Assembly: GCA_963755265.1 (NCBI GenBank)
Contig: CAVWKV010000084.1
Coordinates: 5,157-69,156, forward strand
Direction: 5' to 3'
DNA: 64,000 bases
From: an uncultured Methanomassiliicoccales archaeon
GTDB lineage: Archaea > Thermoplasmatota > Thermoplasmata > Methanomassiliicoccales > UBA472
The translations under genes were made by a program, and so were the position numbers. This document shows positions 8,836 through 18,171 of this stretch, one piece after another (position 1 is the first letter of the stretch; every line of letters starts with the position of its first letter). Under the pieces are notes generated by a model. It was given only the letters and a program-made list of their open reading frames with translations, had not been told where the DNA came from and ran no database searches.

Positions 8836-9948
8836 TTGAAATCATTCATCACCGACGCCCTTACCCGGGCCGGACCTGCGGGCGCAACAGAGCCAGTTCA
8901 AGCACCATATAGCCAATCCACATCGCAAGAGGACGAAGAACTGACCAAGATCCTCATGGGCTTGAAGACCAACATAAAGATCATTGGCTGCGGAGGCGGA
9001 GGATCTAACACCATCGACCGGCTCTATGCATCGAACATCAAGGACGCCGATCTTTACGCTGCCAACACCGACGCCCAACACCTGCTGGTGATCCGGGCCC
9101 ATAAGAAGATCCTGTTGGGCAGGAGGAGCACTCGAGGATTAGGAGCCGGGGCGCTGCCGCAAGTGGGAGAGGAGGCGGCGAAGGAAGCGGAGGAGGACCT
9201 TAGGAAGGCACTCCAGGGAGCGGACATCGTTTTCGTTACCGCTGGGTTGGGCGGCGGCACCGGGACCGGTTCGGCTCCGTACGTCGCCCAGCTGGCCAAG
9301 GATATGGGGGCGCTCACGATCGCTATCGTTACCTCCCCGTTCAAGGCCGAGGGAACGATTCGGGCGGAGAACGCCGAATGGGGCCTGGAGAGGATGCGGG
9401 CCGTCGCTGACACCGTGATAGTCATCCCGAACGACAAGTTGATTGAGCTGGTACCGAGATATTCTCTGAACCAGGCCTTTAAGGTCGCCGACGAAGTGCT
9501 GATGAGGGCCATCAAGGGCATCACCGAGCTCATCACGAAGCCTGGATTGGTCAATCTCGACTTCAACGACCTGCGCACCATCATGAAAGGAGGGGGTGTG
9601 GCCATGATCGGAATGGGGGAAGGTGAGGACGAGGACCGGGTCGAGGATGCAGTCAACGAAGCGATCAATTCCCCGCTCATCGACGTAGACATCACCGGAG
9701 CTAACGGCGTCCTGGTGAACGTCACTGGAGGGGAGGATATGTCCATCGGTGACGCCCAGAAGGTGGCCGAGTTGATTCAAGCGAAGGTATCACCGAATGC
9801 CAGGATCATTTGGGGAGCGTCAGTCGACCCTGCCTTGGAGAACCGCATCCGGGTGATGGTGGTCATCACCGGTGTCAAGTCTAAGAACATCCTGGGTCCC
9901 AAGGAATCAAAATCCGTAAAGGCGATGAACGTAGATTTCATCAAATGA
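8836..9948 (+). CDS. ftsZ1: Cell division protein FtsZ (FtsZ1-type), downstream copy adjacent to secE
   Basis: The frame is open from 8704, but TTG 8836 has AGGAGG (8822-8827) 8 nt upstream and aligns with the N-terminus of the 7139 copy (KSFITDAL vs LKSLVEDAL). It has the same FtsZ motifs and the VDFIK tail, and occupies the canonical ftsZ-secE-spt5 position. Confidence 0.88.
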   Translation: MKSFITDALTRAGPAGATEPVQAPYSQSTSQEDEELTKILMGLKTNIKIIGCGGGGSNTIDRLYASNIKDADLYAANTDAQHLLVIRAHKKILLGRRSTRGLGAGALPQVGEEAAKEAEEDLRKALQGADIVFVTAGLGGGTGTGSAPYVAQLAKDMGALTIAIVTSPFKAEGTIRAENAEWGLERMRAVADTVIVIPNDKLIELVPRYSLNQAFKVADEVLMRAIKGITELITKPGLVNLDFNDLRTIMKGGGVAMIGMGEGEDEDRVEDAVNEAINSPLIDVDITGANGVLVNVTGGEDMSIGDAQKVAELIQAKVSPNARIIWGASVDPALENRIRVMVVITGVKSKNILGPKESKSVKAMNVDFIK

Positions 9949-10004
9949 TGCATTTACCTGAGGAAAGGATTATCTAGAGAAAACTAATAGACCCTTCTTC
10001 AAGA

Positions 10005-10238
10005 GTGCTTAAAATGGACATCGTCGAGAAATCCTGGGAAGTCCAAGAGACTATCGAAGATAGGGTCAAGAAGATCGGTAAGGGTAAGTATGGCCGAGTA
10101 ATCAAGATGGCCCGAAAACCTACTCCAGATGAGTACGTGAAGACCGTCATGATCACCGGGTTGGGCATTATCCTCATCGGCGGGGTGGGCTTCGCAATAT
10201 ACTTAATATGGAAGTACTTGCCGGGAATGTTCGGATAA
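10005..10238 (+). CDS. secE: Preprotein translocase subunit SecE / Sec61-gamma
   Basis: 77-aa ORF with a single C-terminal TM (VMITGLGIILIGGVGFAIYLIW) after the basic KMARKPTPDEY. It holds the conserved position between ftsZ and spt5. Confidence 0.75.
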   Translation: MLKMDIVEKSWEVQETIEDRVKKIGKGKYGRVIKMARKPTPDEYVKTVMITGLGIILIGGVGFAIYLIWKYLPGMFG

Positions 10239-10267
10239 TGTCCGTTTCTATTACCGGGGTATAACGT

Positions 10268-11134
10268 ATGACCGATGAAGATAACCAGACACTAATGCCC
10301 CAGACGCAGGGCGCCGGTTCCGTCTCCCTCAGCGGAGAGAACGCCCCCAGCATCATGGCAGCAGGGGCCATCACGACCTGGCCACTGCAAGTCAAGAGTT
10401 CAGAAAGCGGAAAGAAGAAGATCGTTTTACGAGTTAAGGTCGACCTGGAAGAGGGCGCACCGGAATGGGAGATAAAGCTCACCGACGCTACTGGCACATC
10501 ACTATGGGAGAGCCAAGCCGCAGGAGCAGCCCAGGCCGAGTTCAATCTTGACGGCCCACGTCCCAAGGATATTAAGCTCATCGTTGAGGCGCCCAAGGGT
10601 GCACGTTATAACGATAAGGTGACCATCACGTTGGAGGTCTGCAACATGGACCAGGTCTGCGCGACCAAGGAGTTCAGCGCGACCGCCAGGCAATCGATCC
10701 TGGTCCTTAAGACCTCGATCGGCCACGAAAGGAACGTCGCAGACGGCGTCTCCAGCAAGGCCAAGACCGGCAACACTGGCATATTCGCCATACTTGCCCC
10801 GGGCAAGTTAGATGGTTACGTCTTCATGGAAGCAATGAACACCGACCTGGTGAGGGAGACCGTCCGCGGCGTCCGCAAGGCCAAGGGCCTAGTGGAAGGC
10901 GAGACGAGCTTCAACGAGATCGAGCACTTCCTGACCCCGAAGCCGCTGGTTTCCGGGATCATGGAGGGCGACGTGGTCGAACTGGTCGCCGGTCCGTTCA
11001 AGGGTGAGAAGGCCAGGGTCCAGAAGATCGATGAGAGCAAAGAAGAGATCACCGTCGAGCTGTTCGAGGCGACCGTTCCGATACCGGTCACCGTCAGGGG
11101 CGACCACGTGAGAGTTCTCGAGAAGGAGAAGTGA
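10268..11134 (+). CDS. spt5: Transcription elongation factor Spt5 (NusG) with an in-frame 126-codon N-terminal extension
   Basis: The C-terminal ~160 aa are a normal NGN+KOW Spt5 (ILVLKTSIGHERNVA..., GDVVELVAGPFKGEKARVQKID). The frame stays open upstream to ATG 10268, encoding a beta-rich, CARDB/NEW3-like segment. The canonical-length start would be ATG 10646. Confidence 0.85.
   Translation: MTDEDNQTLMPQTQGAGSVSLSGENAPSIMAAGAITTWPLQVKSSESGKKKIVLRVKVDLEEGAPEWEIKLTDATGTSLWESQAAGAAQAEFNLDGPRPKDIKLIVEAPKGARYNDKVTITLEVCNMDQVCATKEFSATARQSILVLKTSIGHERNVADGVSSKAKTGNTGIFAILAPGKLDGYVFMEAMNTDLVRETVRGVRKAKGLVEGETSFNEIEHFLTPKPLVSGIMEGDVVELVAGPFKGEKARVQKIDESKEEITVELFEATVPIPVTVRGDHVRVLEKEK
10633..10648 (+). 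promoter_or_regulatory. Internal Shine-Dalgarno (GGAGG) plus ATG at the canonical Spt5 start
   Basis: GGAGG at 10633-10637 lies 8 nt before ATG 10646. The same SD spacing is seen at rpl1, rplP0, rpl12 and ftsZ (8836) in this window. Confidence 0.5.
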
Positions 11135-11139
11135 GTATA

Positions 11140-11616
11140 ATGCCAGAGACTATTGAAGTGCTAGTAGACGGTGGCAAGGCCACTCCCGGACAGCCGCTCG
11201 GCCCAGCGCTGGGCCCGACCGGGATCAACGTTGTCCAAGTTGTGCAGAAGATCAACGAGAAGACCAAGGCCTTCGCAGGGATGAAGGTCCCGGTCAAGAT
11301 CACGATAAACGCGAACAAGACCTTCGATATCAAGGTCGGCACACCGCCGACCTCGGCGCTGCTGTTCAAGGAACTGGGCGTGGAGAAGGGATCGGGCGCA
11401 CCAAAGGCGACCAAGGCCGGCGACATCACCATGGAGCAGGCCGTCAAGGTCTCCGAGATGAAGAAGGACTCCCTAATGGGCAAGGACCAGAAGCACCGTG
11501 CCAAGGAGGTCATAGGAACCTGCGTCTCGTGCGGGATAACCGTCGAGGGCAAGGAACCAAAGGACATCCTGAAGGAGATCGACGAAGGTAAGTGGGACGC
11601 GAAATTCGCGGCCTGA
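11140..11616 (+). CDS. rpl11: 50S ribosomal protein L11
   Basis: MPETIEVLVDGGKATPGQPLGPALGPTGINV is the L11 N-terminal signature. The ORF opens at GTG 11131, but ATG 11140 gives the usual N-terminus. Confidence 0.92.
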   Translation: MPETIEVLVDGGKATPGQPLGPALGPTGINVVQVVQKINEKTKAFAGMKVPVKITINANKTFDIKVGTPPTSALLFKELGVEKGSGAPKATKAGDITMEQAVKVSEMKKDSLMGKDQKHRAKEVIGTCVSCGITVEGKEPKDILKEIDEGKWDAKFAA

Positions 11617-11717
11617 ACGACCCCGTCCCTTTACAATAGATTTATAAACGGCAGGTCCATCTAGGGCCTACCGCTCTGTAGGAGAGGCAACTCGTTAATA
11701 CTACAGGAGGAATAGCA

Positions 11718-12356
11718 TTGGCAGAGAAGACAACACTAACGGCCGTCAAGAAGGCGCTGGAGAAATCTCCGAAGCGCAATTTTAGAGAGACGGTCGACCT
11801 ATCGATAAACCTGAAGGATGTGGATCTTTCTATCCCGAAGAACAGGATACAGGAAGATATCATCTTGCCTCATGGTAGGGGTAGGGCTGTCCGGGTCTGC
11901 ATCATCGGAGGCGGCGAACTTGCTCAGAAGGCCAAGAACGTCGCCGACAAGGTCATCACCCCGGAGGAATTGGGATCCCTGGCCGACAACAAGAGGGAGG
12001 CAAAGAAGGTTGCCGCACAGTACGATTTCTTCGTCTGCGAAGCGCCATTGATGCCGACCGTCGGTAAGAGATTGGGTATCGTGCTCGCTCCCCGTGGTAA
12101 GATGCCGAGGCCAATAGCCCCAGGCGCTGACCCCAAGCCGATGGTGGACAACCTAAGGAAGTCCGTCGCCATCAGAAGCAAGGACAAGATGACGTTCCAC
12201 ACCGCGGTAGGTACGACTGAGCTGACTCCGGAACAGATCGCTGACAACATCGACCTCATAATCAAGAGGATCGCGGTCAAACTGGAAAAGGGAACGATGA
12301 ACATCCGGTCGGCTTACATCAAGACGACCATGGGCCCGTCGGAGAGGCTCATCTGA
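11718..12356 (+). CDS. rpl1: 50S ribosomal protein L1
   Basis: 212-aa ORF with a TTG start and AGGAGG (11705-11710) 7 nt upstream. KRNFRETVDLSINLKD and the position in the L11-L1-P0-P1 block support the call. Confidence 0.9.
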   Translation: MAEKTTLTAVKKALEKSPKRNFRETVDLSINLKDVDLSIPKNRIQEDIILPHGRGRAVRVCIIGGGELAQKAKNVADKVITPEELGSLADNKREAKKVAAQYDFFVCEAPLMPTVGKRLGIVLAPRGKMPRPIAPGADPKPMVDNLRKSVAIRSKDKMTFHTAVGTTELTPEQIADNIDLIIKRIAVKLEKGTMNIRSAYIKTTMGPSERLI

Positions 12357-12368
12357 GGAGGGTCGATT

Positions 12369-13229
12369 ATGGCACACGTCGCAGCTTGGAAGAAAGATAA
12401 AGTCCAGGAACTGACGAATGCGATGACCAGCAAGAAAGTGGTCGCCATCGTCGACGTACACGGCATACCGTCCGCCCAGCTTCAGCAGATGAGGCAGGGA
12501 CTCAGAGCTAAGGCGTCCATCATGATGACGAGGAACAACCTGATCGACATAGCGATCGAGCAGGCGGCCAAGGACCGGCCGGGACTGGAGCAGCTTCTAA
12601 AGTCTGTCAGTTCCCAGTGCGCCGTGGTCACCACCGACGTCAACCCGTTCAGACTGTTCCGCGAGATGGAGTCGACCAAGAGCGCAGCCCCGGCAAAGCC
12701 AGGGGACATCGCGCCCGAGGACATCCTGATCAAGGCGGGGGATACCCCGTTCAAGCCAGGCCCGATCGTCGGTGAACTGCAGAAGGCAGGGATCCCCGCC
12801 GGTATCGAAGGCGGAAAGATCGTCATAAAGAAGGACAAGGTCCTGGTAAAGAAGGGCGAGGCCGTCTCCGAAGAGATATCCAAGATCCTACCGAAGCTTG
12901 AGATCATGCCGATGACCGTCGGCCTTGACCTCAAAGCCGCGTTCGAGGACGGAATTCTCTACGGAAGAGACGTACTGAACATCCCAGAAGACTACTACAG
13001 CTCGATGCTGTCGATCGGCTCCAGGAACGCCATAGGCCTGAGCATGAAGATCGCGTATGTGACCCCGCAGACCGTCGTCCCACTGTTCGCCAAGGCGTAC
13101 AGAGAAGCGATGGCAGTCAGCGTAAAGGCCGCCATACCGACCAAGGACAACATCAAGATACTCTTGGCAAAGGCGAACGCCGAAATGCTAGCCGTTTCAG
13201 CGATCACCGAGAAACACGAAAAGAAGTAA
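12369..13229 (+). CDS. rplP0: 50S ribosomal stalk protein P0 (L10)
   Basis: 286-aa ORF with N-terminal [12 protein letters not shown] and an archaeal P0 domain layout. Operon position supports it. Confidence 0.9.
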   Translation: MAHVAAWKKDKVQELTNAMTSKKVVAIVDVHGIPSAQLQQMRQGLRAKASIMMTRNNLIDIAIEQAAKDRPGLEQLLKSVSSQCAVVTTDVNPFRLFREMESTKSAAPAKPGDIAPEDILIKAGDTPFKPGPIVGELQKAGIPAGIEGGKIVIKKDKVLVKKGEAVSEEISKILPKLEIMPMTVGLDLKAAFEDGILYGRDVLNIPEDYYSSMLSIGSRNAIGLSMKIAYVTPQTVVPLFAKAYREAMAVSVKAAIPTKDNIKILLAKANAEMLAVSAITEKHEKK

Positions 13230-13251
13230 GAACAACAAGGAGGTAAGAAAA

Positions 13252-13560
13252 ATGGAATACATATACAGTGCATTGGTACTTCACGCAGCAGGGAAGAAGA
13301 TCACCGAGGAAGGCGTTTCCGCAGTCCTAAAGGGCGCGGGGATCGAGGCGGACGCAGCCAAGGTCAAGGCCTTGACCGCGTCCCTCGAGGGCGTCAACAT
13401 CGACGAGGCAATCGCCTCCGCGATGGTCGCCGCAGCCCCAGCAGCCGCCGCTCCGGCAGCAGCTGGTGCAGCACCGGCCGCCAAGAAGGATGAGAAGCCG
13501 GAGGAGCCGGCAGTCACTGAGGAAGAGGCCGCAGCAGGTCTCTCCGCCCTGTTCGGTTAA
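13252..13560 (+). CDS. rpl12: 50S ribosomal stalk protein P1 (L12)
   Basis: 102-aa ORF with [22 protein letters not shown], an Ala/Pro-rich hinge and an acidic tail ending GLSALFG. Confidence 0.92.
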   Translation: MEYIYSALVLHAAGKKITEEGVSAVLKGAGIEADAAKVKALTASLEGVNIDEAIASAMVAAAPAAAAPAAAGAAPAAKKDEKPEEPAVTEEEAAAGLSALFG

Positions 13561-13761
13561 ACGACTCGGTACCACAGAGGCGCTAAAACCTTGGGGCGAA
13601 AGCCCCCAAATCCCTTTCATACTTTTATCACATCAACAAACCATGGAACGTTCTCCTATGGGCCCAGAGCAACAAATTTCACGGAGCGACATCGCCGACG
13701 ATGCCCCAATGGTTCTAACAACCTATTTCTAATGCATACACATTTTCATTGAACGATTGAA

Positions 13762-14721
13762 ATGAAGCTCATCGACATCTACAAGCTTGCGGTCCAGATG
13801 GGGATGGAAGCCGATCTGAGGACGAAGGGGCAGATAGAGGTCGAATTGAAACGCATCGCCGACCGGTATGGAAAGCTGGAACCGGAGGAACGGGAGCTGT
13901 TCGATAAGGACCAGCTGTGGAACCCATATGCCGATTCACGCCTGCTCTATGGCAATCCGTCGGCTGAGATCAAAGGTGTCCTATGGGGCATAGACATCGG
14001 GACCGGGGAGGTCGTGCTGGCCGATCGACTGCGCGAGAAGGGTAAGCGCATCGACGCTATCATAGGCCATCATCCACGCGGTTATGCTCACGCCAATTTC
14101 TACGACGTCATGCACGTCCAGGAAACCCTGATGCAACAGTCAGGAATTTCGATCAACGTCGCAGAAGGCATCGTTTCGCCGCGGATACGAGAAGTGCATA
14201 ATGCCATCGCCTCCGATAACCACGAGCAGGTTGTCGACGCGGCTCGGCTCATGAACATGCCGCTGATGTGCCTGCACCAGCCTACCGACATCCTCGTGCA
14301 GCGTTTCCTCGAGAACCTTATCACGGAGAAGGCGCCGGAACGTGTCGAGGACGTGCTCAATGTGTTGTCCGCGTTGCCAGAGATGAAACATGCGATCAGC
14401 CACAACAACCCTCCGGAGGTGTGGGTGGGAGATAGGTCGCGTCATGCGGGCAGGATCTCGGTCAAGATGTGCGGAGGGACCGCTTACCCGAAGGATGTCT
14501 ATGAGAAGCTGTCCCAGGCAGGCATCGGCACGGTGATCTGCATGCACGTGCCGGAGAACCATCTCGAAGAGGCCCGCAAGAACCACATCAACATAATCAT
14601 CTCAGGCCACATGGCATCAGATTCGTTGGGCGTCAACCTGTTCGCCGACAGGATCGAACAGAATGGCGTGGAGATAACCCCGTGCTCAGGCTTCATCAGG
14701 GTGAAGAGGAGTGGAAATTGA
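13762..14721 (+). CDS. NIF3-family (DUF34, dinuclear metal centre) protein
   Basis: 319-aa ORF with IIGHHPRGY and C-terminal ISGHMASDSLG, matching the NIF3/YbgI metal-ligand motifs. Confidence 0.6.
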   Translation: MKLIDIYKLAVQMGMEADLRTKGQIEVELKRIADRYGKLEPEERELFDKDQLWNPYADSRLLYGNPSAEIKGVLWGIDIGTGEVVLADRLREKGKRIDAIIGHHPRGYAHANFYDVMHVQETLMQQSGISINVAEGIVSPRIREVHNAIASDNHEQVVDAARLMNMPLMCLHQPTDILVQRFLENLITEKAPERVEDVLNVLSALPEMKHAISHNNPPEVWVGDRSRHAGRISVKMCGGTAYPKDVYEKLSQAGIGTVICMHVPENHLEEARKNHINIIISGHMASDSLGVNLFADRIEQNGVEITPCSGFIRVKRSGN

Positions 14722-15884
14722 GACCGGTCGCCCCACGAAAACTGTTCAAGGACGAATCGAAGCTCTCCTTCGACTATGTACCAGAGAAACTTGTGCATAG
14801 GGAAAAGCAGCTGGACAAACTGTGGATGATCTTCCGGCCGGTGCTGGAAGGGGCCATGTCCCAGACCGCGTTCCTGATCGGCAACGTCGGTACGGGGAAG
14901 ACCGCGACGTCCAAACGTTTCTGCATCGACCTGAAGAAACAGGCCAGCGAGCAGGGACGAGTGATCGATTACATCATCATCAACTGCCGGCAGCGCAACT
15001 CAGAGAGCGCGGTACTGCAACGCCTGGTTACACATTTCGATGAGCATTATCCGGACCGCGGTTTCAGCATCGCAGAGATGCTAAGGGCCATCCGGAAGCA
15101 CCTGGAAAAGAACAAGATGCATTTGGTTGTGGTCCTGGACGAGGCCGATATCTTGATCCGGAGGGGAGCCAGCGACCTCATCTATCAGCTTTCGCGGTTC
15201 GACGAGGAAACGGTCGGAGCCAGGCCATCGTTATCGTTGATACTGGTCTCACAGAAGTACGTATTGGACCTGCTGGATCCAGCGGCATTTTCGACCTTCC
15301 GTCGGGCAAACGCGATCCAGTTCGACAGGTACAGCGCCGAGGAGCTGCGGGACATCGTCGCCGACAGGATCGAGCTGGCGTTCCATCCGGGAATGGTCAG
15401 GCGGGACTCGGTCGACCTGGTCGCGGACATCGCCTCGGAATGGGGCGACGCCCGCTTCGCCATCGAGCTTCTCGACCGCGCAGGCATGATGGCCGAGGAG
15501 GAGAGCGCACCATCGGTCGCCCCGGAACATGTCCGGGCCGCCAAGGCGTTGACCTACTCGATCGTCACCGAGAGCAAAGTGGACCAGCTTGACCGGCAGC
15601 GCAAGATCGTACTGTTGGCGGTCGCAAGGGCGATGAGGGACGAAGCGTACGTGACCACCGGGGACGCGGAGAAGGCCTATAAAGTGGTCGCCGAAGAGTA
15701 TGGGGAGAAACCCCGGGCGCATACCCAGTTCTGGGCCTACATCCAAGGGATCGCCAACGAAGGCATCGTCCAGACGAAGGTCTCCGGTGATGCCGCTGGT
15801 GGAAGAACCACGTACATCTCCATCCCGGACGTACCGACCAAGGTCCTCAAGGAAATGTTGGAGAAGATGCTGACAGCGGAGTGA
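14682..15884 (+). CDS. cdc6: Orc1/Cdc6 replication initiator
   Basis: Walker A GNVGTGKT, Walker B VVVLDEADIL, the N-terminal LSFDYVPEKLVHREKQL motif and a C-terminal winged helix. The start is uncertain (GTG 14682 or TTG 14718), and the gene overlaps the NIF3 gene end. Confidence 0.88.
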   Translation: MLRLHQGEEEWKLRPVAPRKLFKDESKLSFDYVPEKLVHREKQLDKLWMIFRPVLEGAMSQTAFLIGNVGTGKTATSKRFCIDLKKQASEQGRVIDYIIINCRQRNSESAVLQRLVTHFDEHYPDRGFSIAEMLRAIRKHLEKNKMHLVVVLDEADILIRRGASDLIYQLSRFDEETVGARPSLSLILVSQKYVLDLLDPAAFSTFRRANAIQFDRYSAEELRDIVADRIELAFHPGMVRRDSVDLVADIASEWGDARFAIELLDRAGMMAEEESAPSVAPEHVRAAKALTYSIVTESKVDQLDRQRKIVLLAVARAMRDEAYVTTGDAEKAYKVVAEEYGEKPRAHTQFWAYIQGIANEGIVQTKVSGDAAGGRTTYISIPDVPTKVLKEMLEKMLTAE

Positions 15885-15926
15885 GCGGGGCAAACCTATT
15901 CTACGGGCGAGTGGCTTCTTCGACCC

Positions 15927-17108
15927 ATGAAGAGGACCCCATTGTATGACTGGCATGTCTCGTCCGGGGCGCGTATGATCGACTTTGGCGGATGGGAGAT
16001 GCCTTTGCAGTATACTGGCATAGCCGACGAGCACATCAACGTGCGCAAGCGGGTCGGCATCTTCGATGTGTCGCACATGGGGGACATCATCATACGCGGG
16101 AACGGCGCAGAGGCCCTGATCAGCCGTCTGATGACCAACGACCCTTCGGGATTGACGGTCGGGAAGGGGATCTATGGACATATCCTCGATGATGATGGGA
16201 AGATCATCGACGACACTATCGTATATCGTGTCGAAGAAGACGCCTATCTGATGGTGCCCAACGCCTCAATGACGTCAACTGTGCTCGAATGGATCCGCAA
16301 TCACCATACCGGCCAAGAAATAACGGACCTGACGAAATCGATCGCCTGTTTTGCCGTCCAAGGCCCTGAGGCGATGGCCGTGCTACAGCGTCTGACGGAA
16401 CATGACCTCTCCACCGTCAAACGGTTCCATTTCATCATGGCGTCACTAGGCATCGACGGCCAGCCGAAGGACCTGGTATTTGGGTTGCGGCCATCGACAT
16501 TGTACGATGAGGAAGTCTCCTTGGATTTGCAAGTCGATGGAATCTGGCCGGGTGGGCCTTTCGGCGGCAGGGTCATGCTGTCGCGCACCGGTTACACTGG
16601 CGAGGATGGCTTCGAAGTTCTCTGCGACGCGCGCGTAGCCATCGCCATATGGAACCTCATCATCAATGTCGGAAGGAAGCATGGGCTGCTCCCGACCGGA
16701 TTGGGGGCGAGGGACAGTCTCAGGCTGGAGATGGGATACCTGCTTTCGGGTACGGACTTCGATGGAGGTCAGAGCACTGTCCAGACCGGTCCGGATTGGG
16801 TGATCAAATGGGAGCACGAGTTCGTCGGAAAGGTGGCTTTGCGGCGAGACAATGAGCTCGGCCTCCCCCGACTGGTCGGACTGGTCCTCGATGACCGGGG
16901 CATTCCTAGGCATGGCTATTCCCTGCTGAAGGAAGGAACGGAGGTCGGCCATATCACCAGCGGCACCCTTTCGCCGTGCCTAAGGAAAGGCATCGCCCTG
17001 GGATACCTGAGACCGGAGCTCTGTGAACCCGGAACAGAGCTGACCGTTGCCATAAGAGATATGCGTGTGCCCGCCCATGTGGTGAGACCGCCGTTCGTGA
17101 GGAGGTGA
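15927..17108 (+). CDS. gcvT: Glycine cleavage system aminomethyltransferase (T protein)
   Basis: 393-aa ORF with KRTPLYDWHVSSGARMIDFGGWEMPLQY and GIFDVSHMG signatures. Confidence 0.88.
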   Translation: MKRTPLYDWHVSSGARMIDFGGWEMPLQYTGIADEHINVRKRVGIFDVSHMGDIIIRGNGAEALISRLMTNDPSGLTVGKGIYGHILDDDGKIIDDTIVYRVEEDAYLMVPNASMTSTVLEWIRNHHTGQEITDLTKSIACFAVQGPEAMAVLQRLTEHDLSTVKRFHFIMASLGIDGQPKDLVFGLRPSTLYDEEVSLDLQVDGIWPGGPFGGRVMLSRTGYTGEDGFEVLCDARVAIAIWNLIINVGRKHGLLPTGLGARDSLRLEMGYLLSGTDFDGGQSTVQTGPDWVIKWEHEFVGKVALRRDNELGLPRLVGLVLDDRGIPRHGYSLLKEGTEVGHITSGTLSPCLRKGIALGYLRPELCEPGTELTVAIRDMRVPAHVVRPPFVRR

Positions 17109-17112
17109 GCCT

Positions 17113-18171
17113 TTGGCAGAAAGCGTGGTCGAGACACTTATCGACATGATATTGATACGGAGCGAAGAGAGGGAGAATAAGGACGAGGTCGTCAAATACG
17201 CATCGGACTGGCTCAAGGAATTGGGCATGGAGGTCGACATCGTAGGCGACAAGCGCTACCCGGCGATCTGTGCCTACAATGGTTACCGGGGAGTGGCCTT
17301 GTCCGGTCATCTGGACACGGTCCCGATCGGTGACCGCTGGACCAAGGACCAAGGGGAGATGTCGGATGGCAAGGTTTTCGGTCGTGGCTCGGCGGACATG
17401 AAAGGGGGTTGCGCGGCCATGCTTCATGCGGCCAAGGAACTGATGGCCGATGACCTGGATTGCTATCTGCTGTTCACGACCGATGAGGAGGATCTGATGA
17501 CCGGGGCGAATGCCCTCATACGCACGCACGGGGCCAAGAATGCCAGTGCCATCGTTATCGGTGAGCCTACCGACCTGCGCCCGGTGTACAAGGAAAAGGG
17601 AGTTGCCCGCGTCGGATTGAAGGCCTATGGGAAGGCATCCCATGCAAGCATGCCTTGGCTGGGGGAGAACGCCATCATGACCATGTCCCGGTTGCTTGAC
17701 AAGCTGGGAGCGCTCAATGCAGAAGGGCGAGATGCGGCAGAAGGCATGACCATGAACGCGACCACGATCAAGGGCGGCGACATGTACAATGTCATACCGG
17801 ACGAATGCGAGGTCGATCTCGACGTACGCTTCCCAGCGACAAAGAACGCGCACGAAGTGTTCTCCTCGATCCTGGCAACATTGAAGGGTGAAGATTGCGA
17901 GCTTGCGTTGCTGCATGAGTTCCCTGCATTCCAAACGGACCCGGAGTCGCCATTGGTGAAAGTGGCCACGGCATATCTTAGGCAGGACCCGGTGGCGGTA
18001 CCGTATGCCACGGAGGCGGCGGTCTACGCCAAGGTGAACCCAAATATACTGATCTGCGGGCCTGGGGAGACGGACGTGGCTCACACAGCCGACGAGTTCG
18101 TGGAAACGGCCCAGCTGGAGCAAGCGGTCAAACTGTATGTGCACTTGGCCAAATCCCTGGCTCAGGGATAG
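17113..18171 (+). CDS. M20-family metallopeptidase (ArgE/DapE-like deacylase)
   Basis: 352-aa ORF with a TTG start; GHLDTVP and GRGSADMKGG metal-binding motifs. Confidence 0.75.
   Translation: MAESVVETLIDMILIRSEERENKDEVVKYASDWLKELGMEVDIVGDKRYPAICAYNGYRGVALSGHLDTVPIGDRWTKDQGEMSDGKVFGRGSADMKGGCAAMLHAAKELMADDLDCYLLFTTDEEDLMTGANALIRTHGAKNASAIVIGEPTDLRPVYKEKGVARVGLKAYGKASHASMPWLGENAIMTMSRLLDKLGALNAEGRDAAEGMTMNATTIKGGDMYNVIPDECEVDLDVRFPATKNAHEVFSSILATLKGEDCELALLHEFPAFQTDPESPLVKVATAYLRQDPVAVPYATEAAVYAKVNPNILICGPGETDVAHTADEFVETAQLEQAVKLYVHLAKSLAQG

Noticed and set aside
14600-15930. A replication origin next to Orc1/Cdc6.
   Set aside because: cdc6 overlaps the NIF3 gene upstream and is only 42 nt from gcvT downstream. 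There is no AT-rich spacer or ORB repeat adjacent to it, so no origin can be supported in this window.
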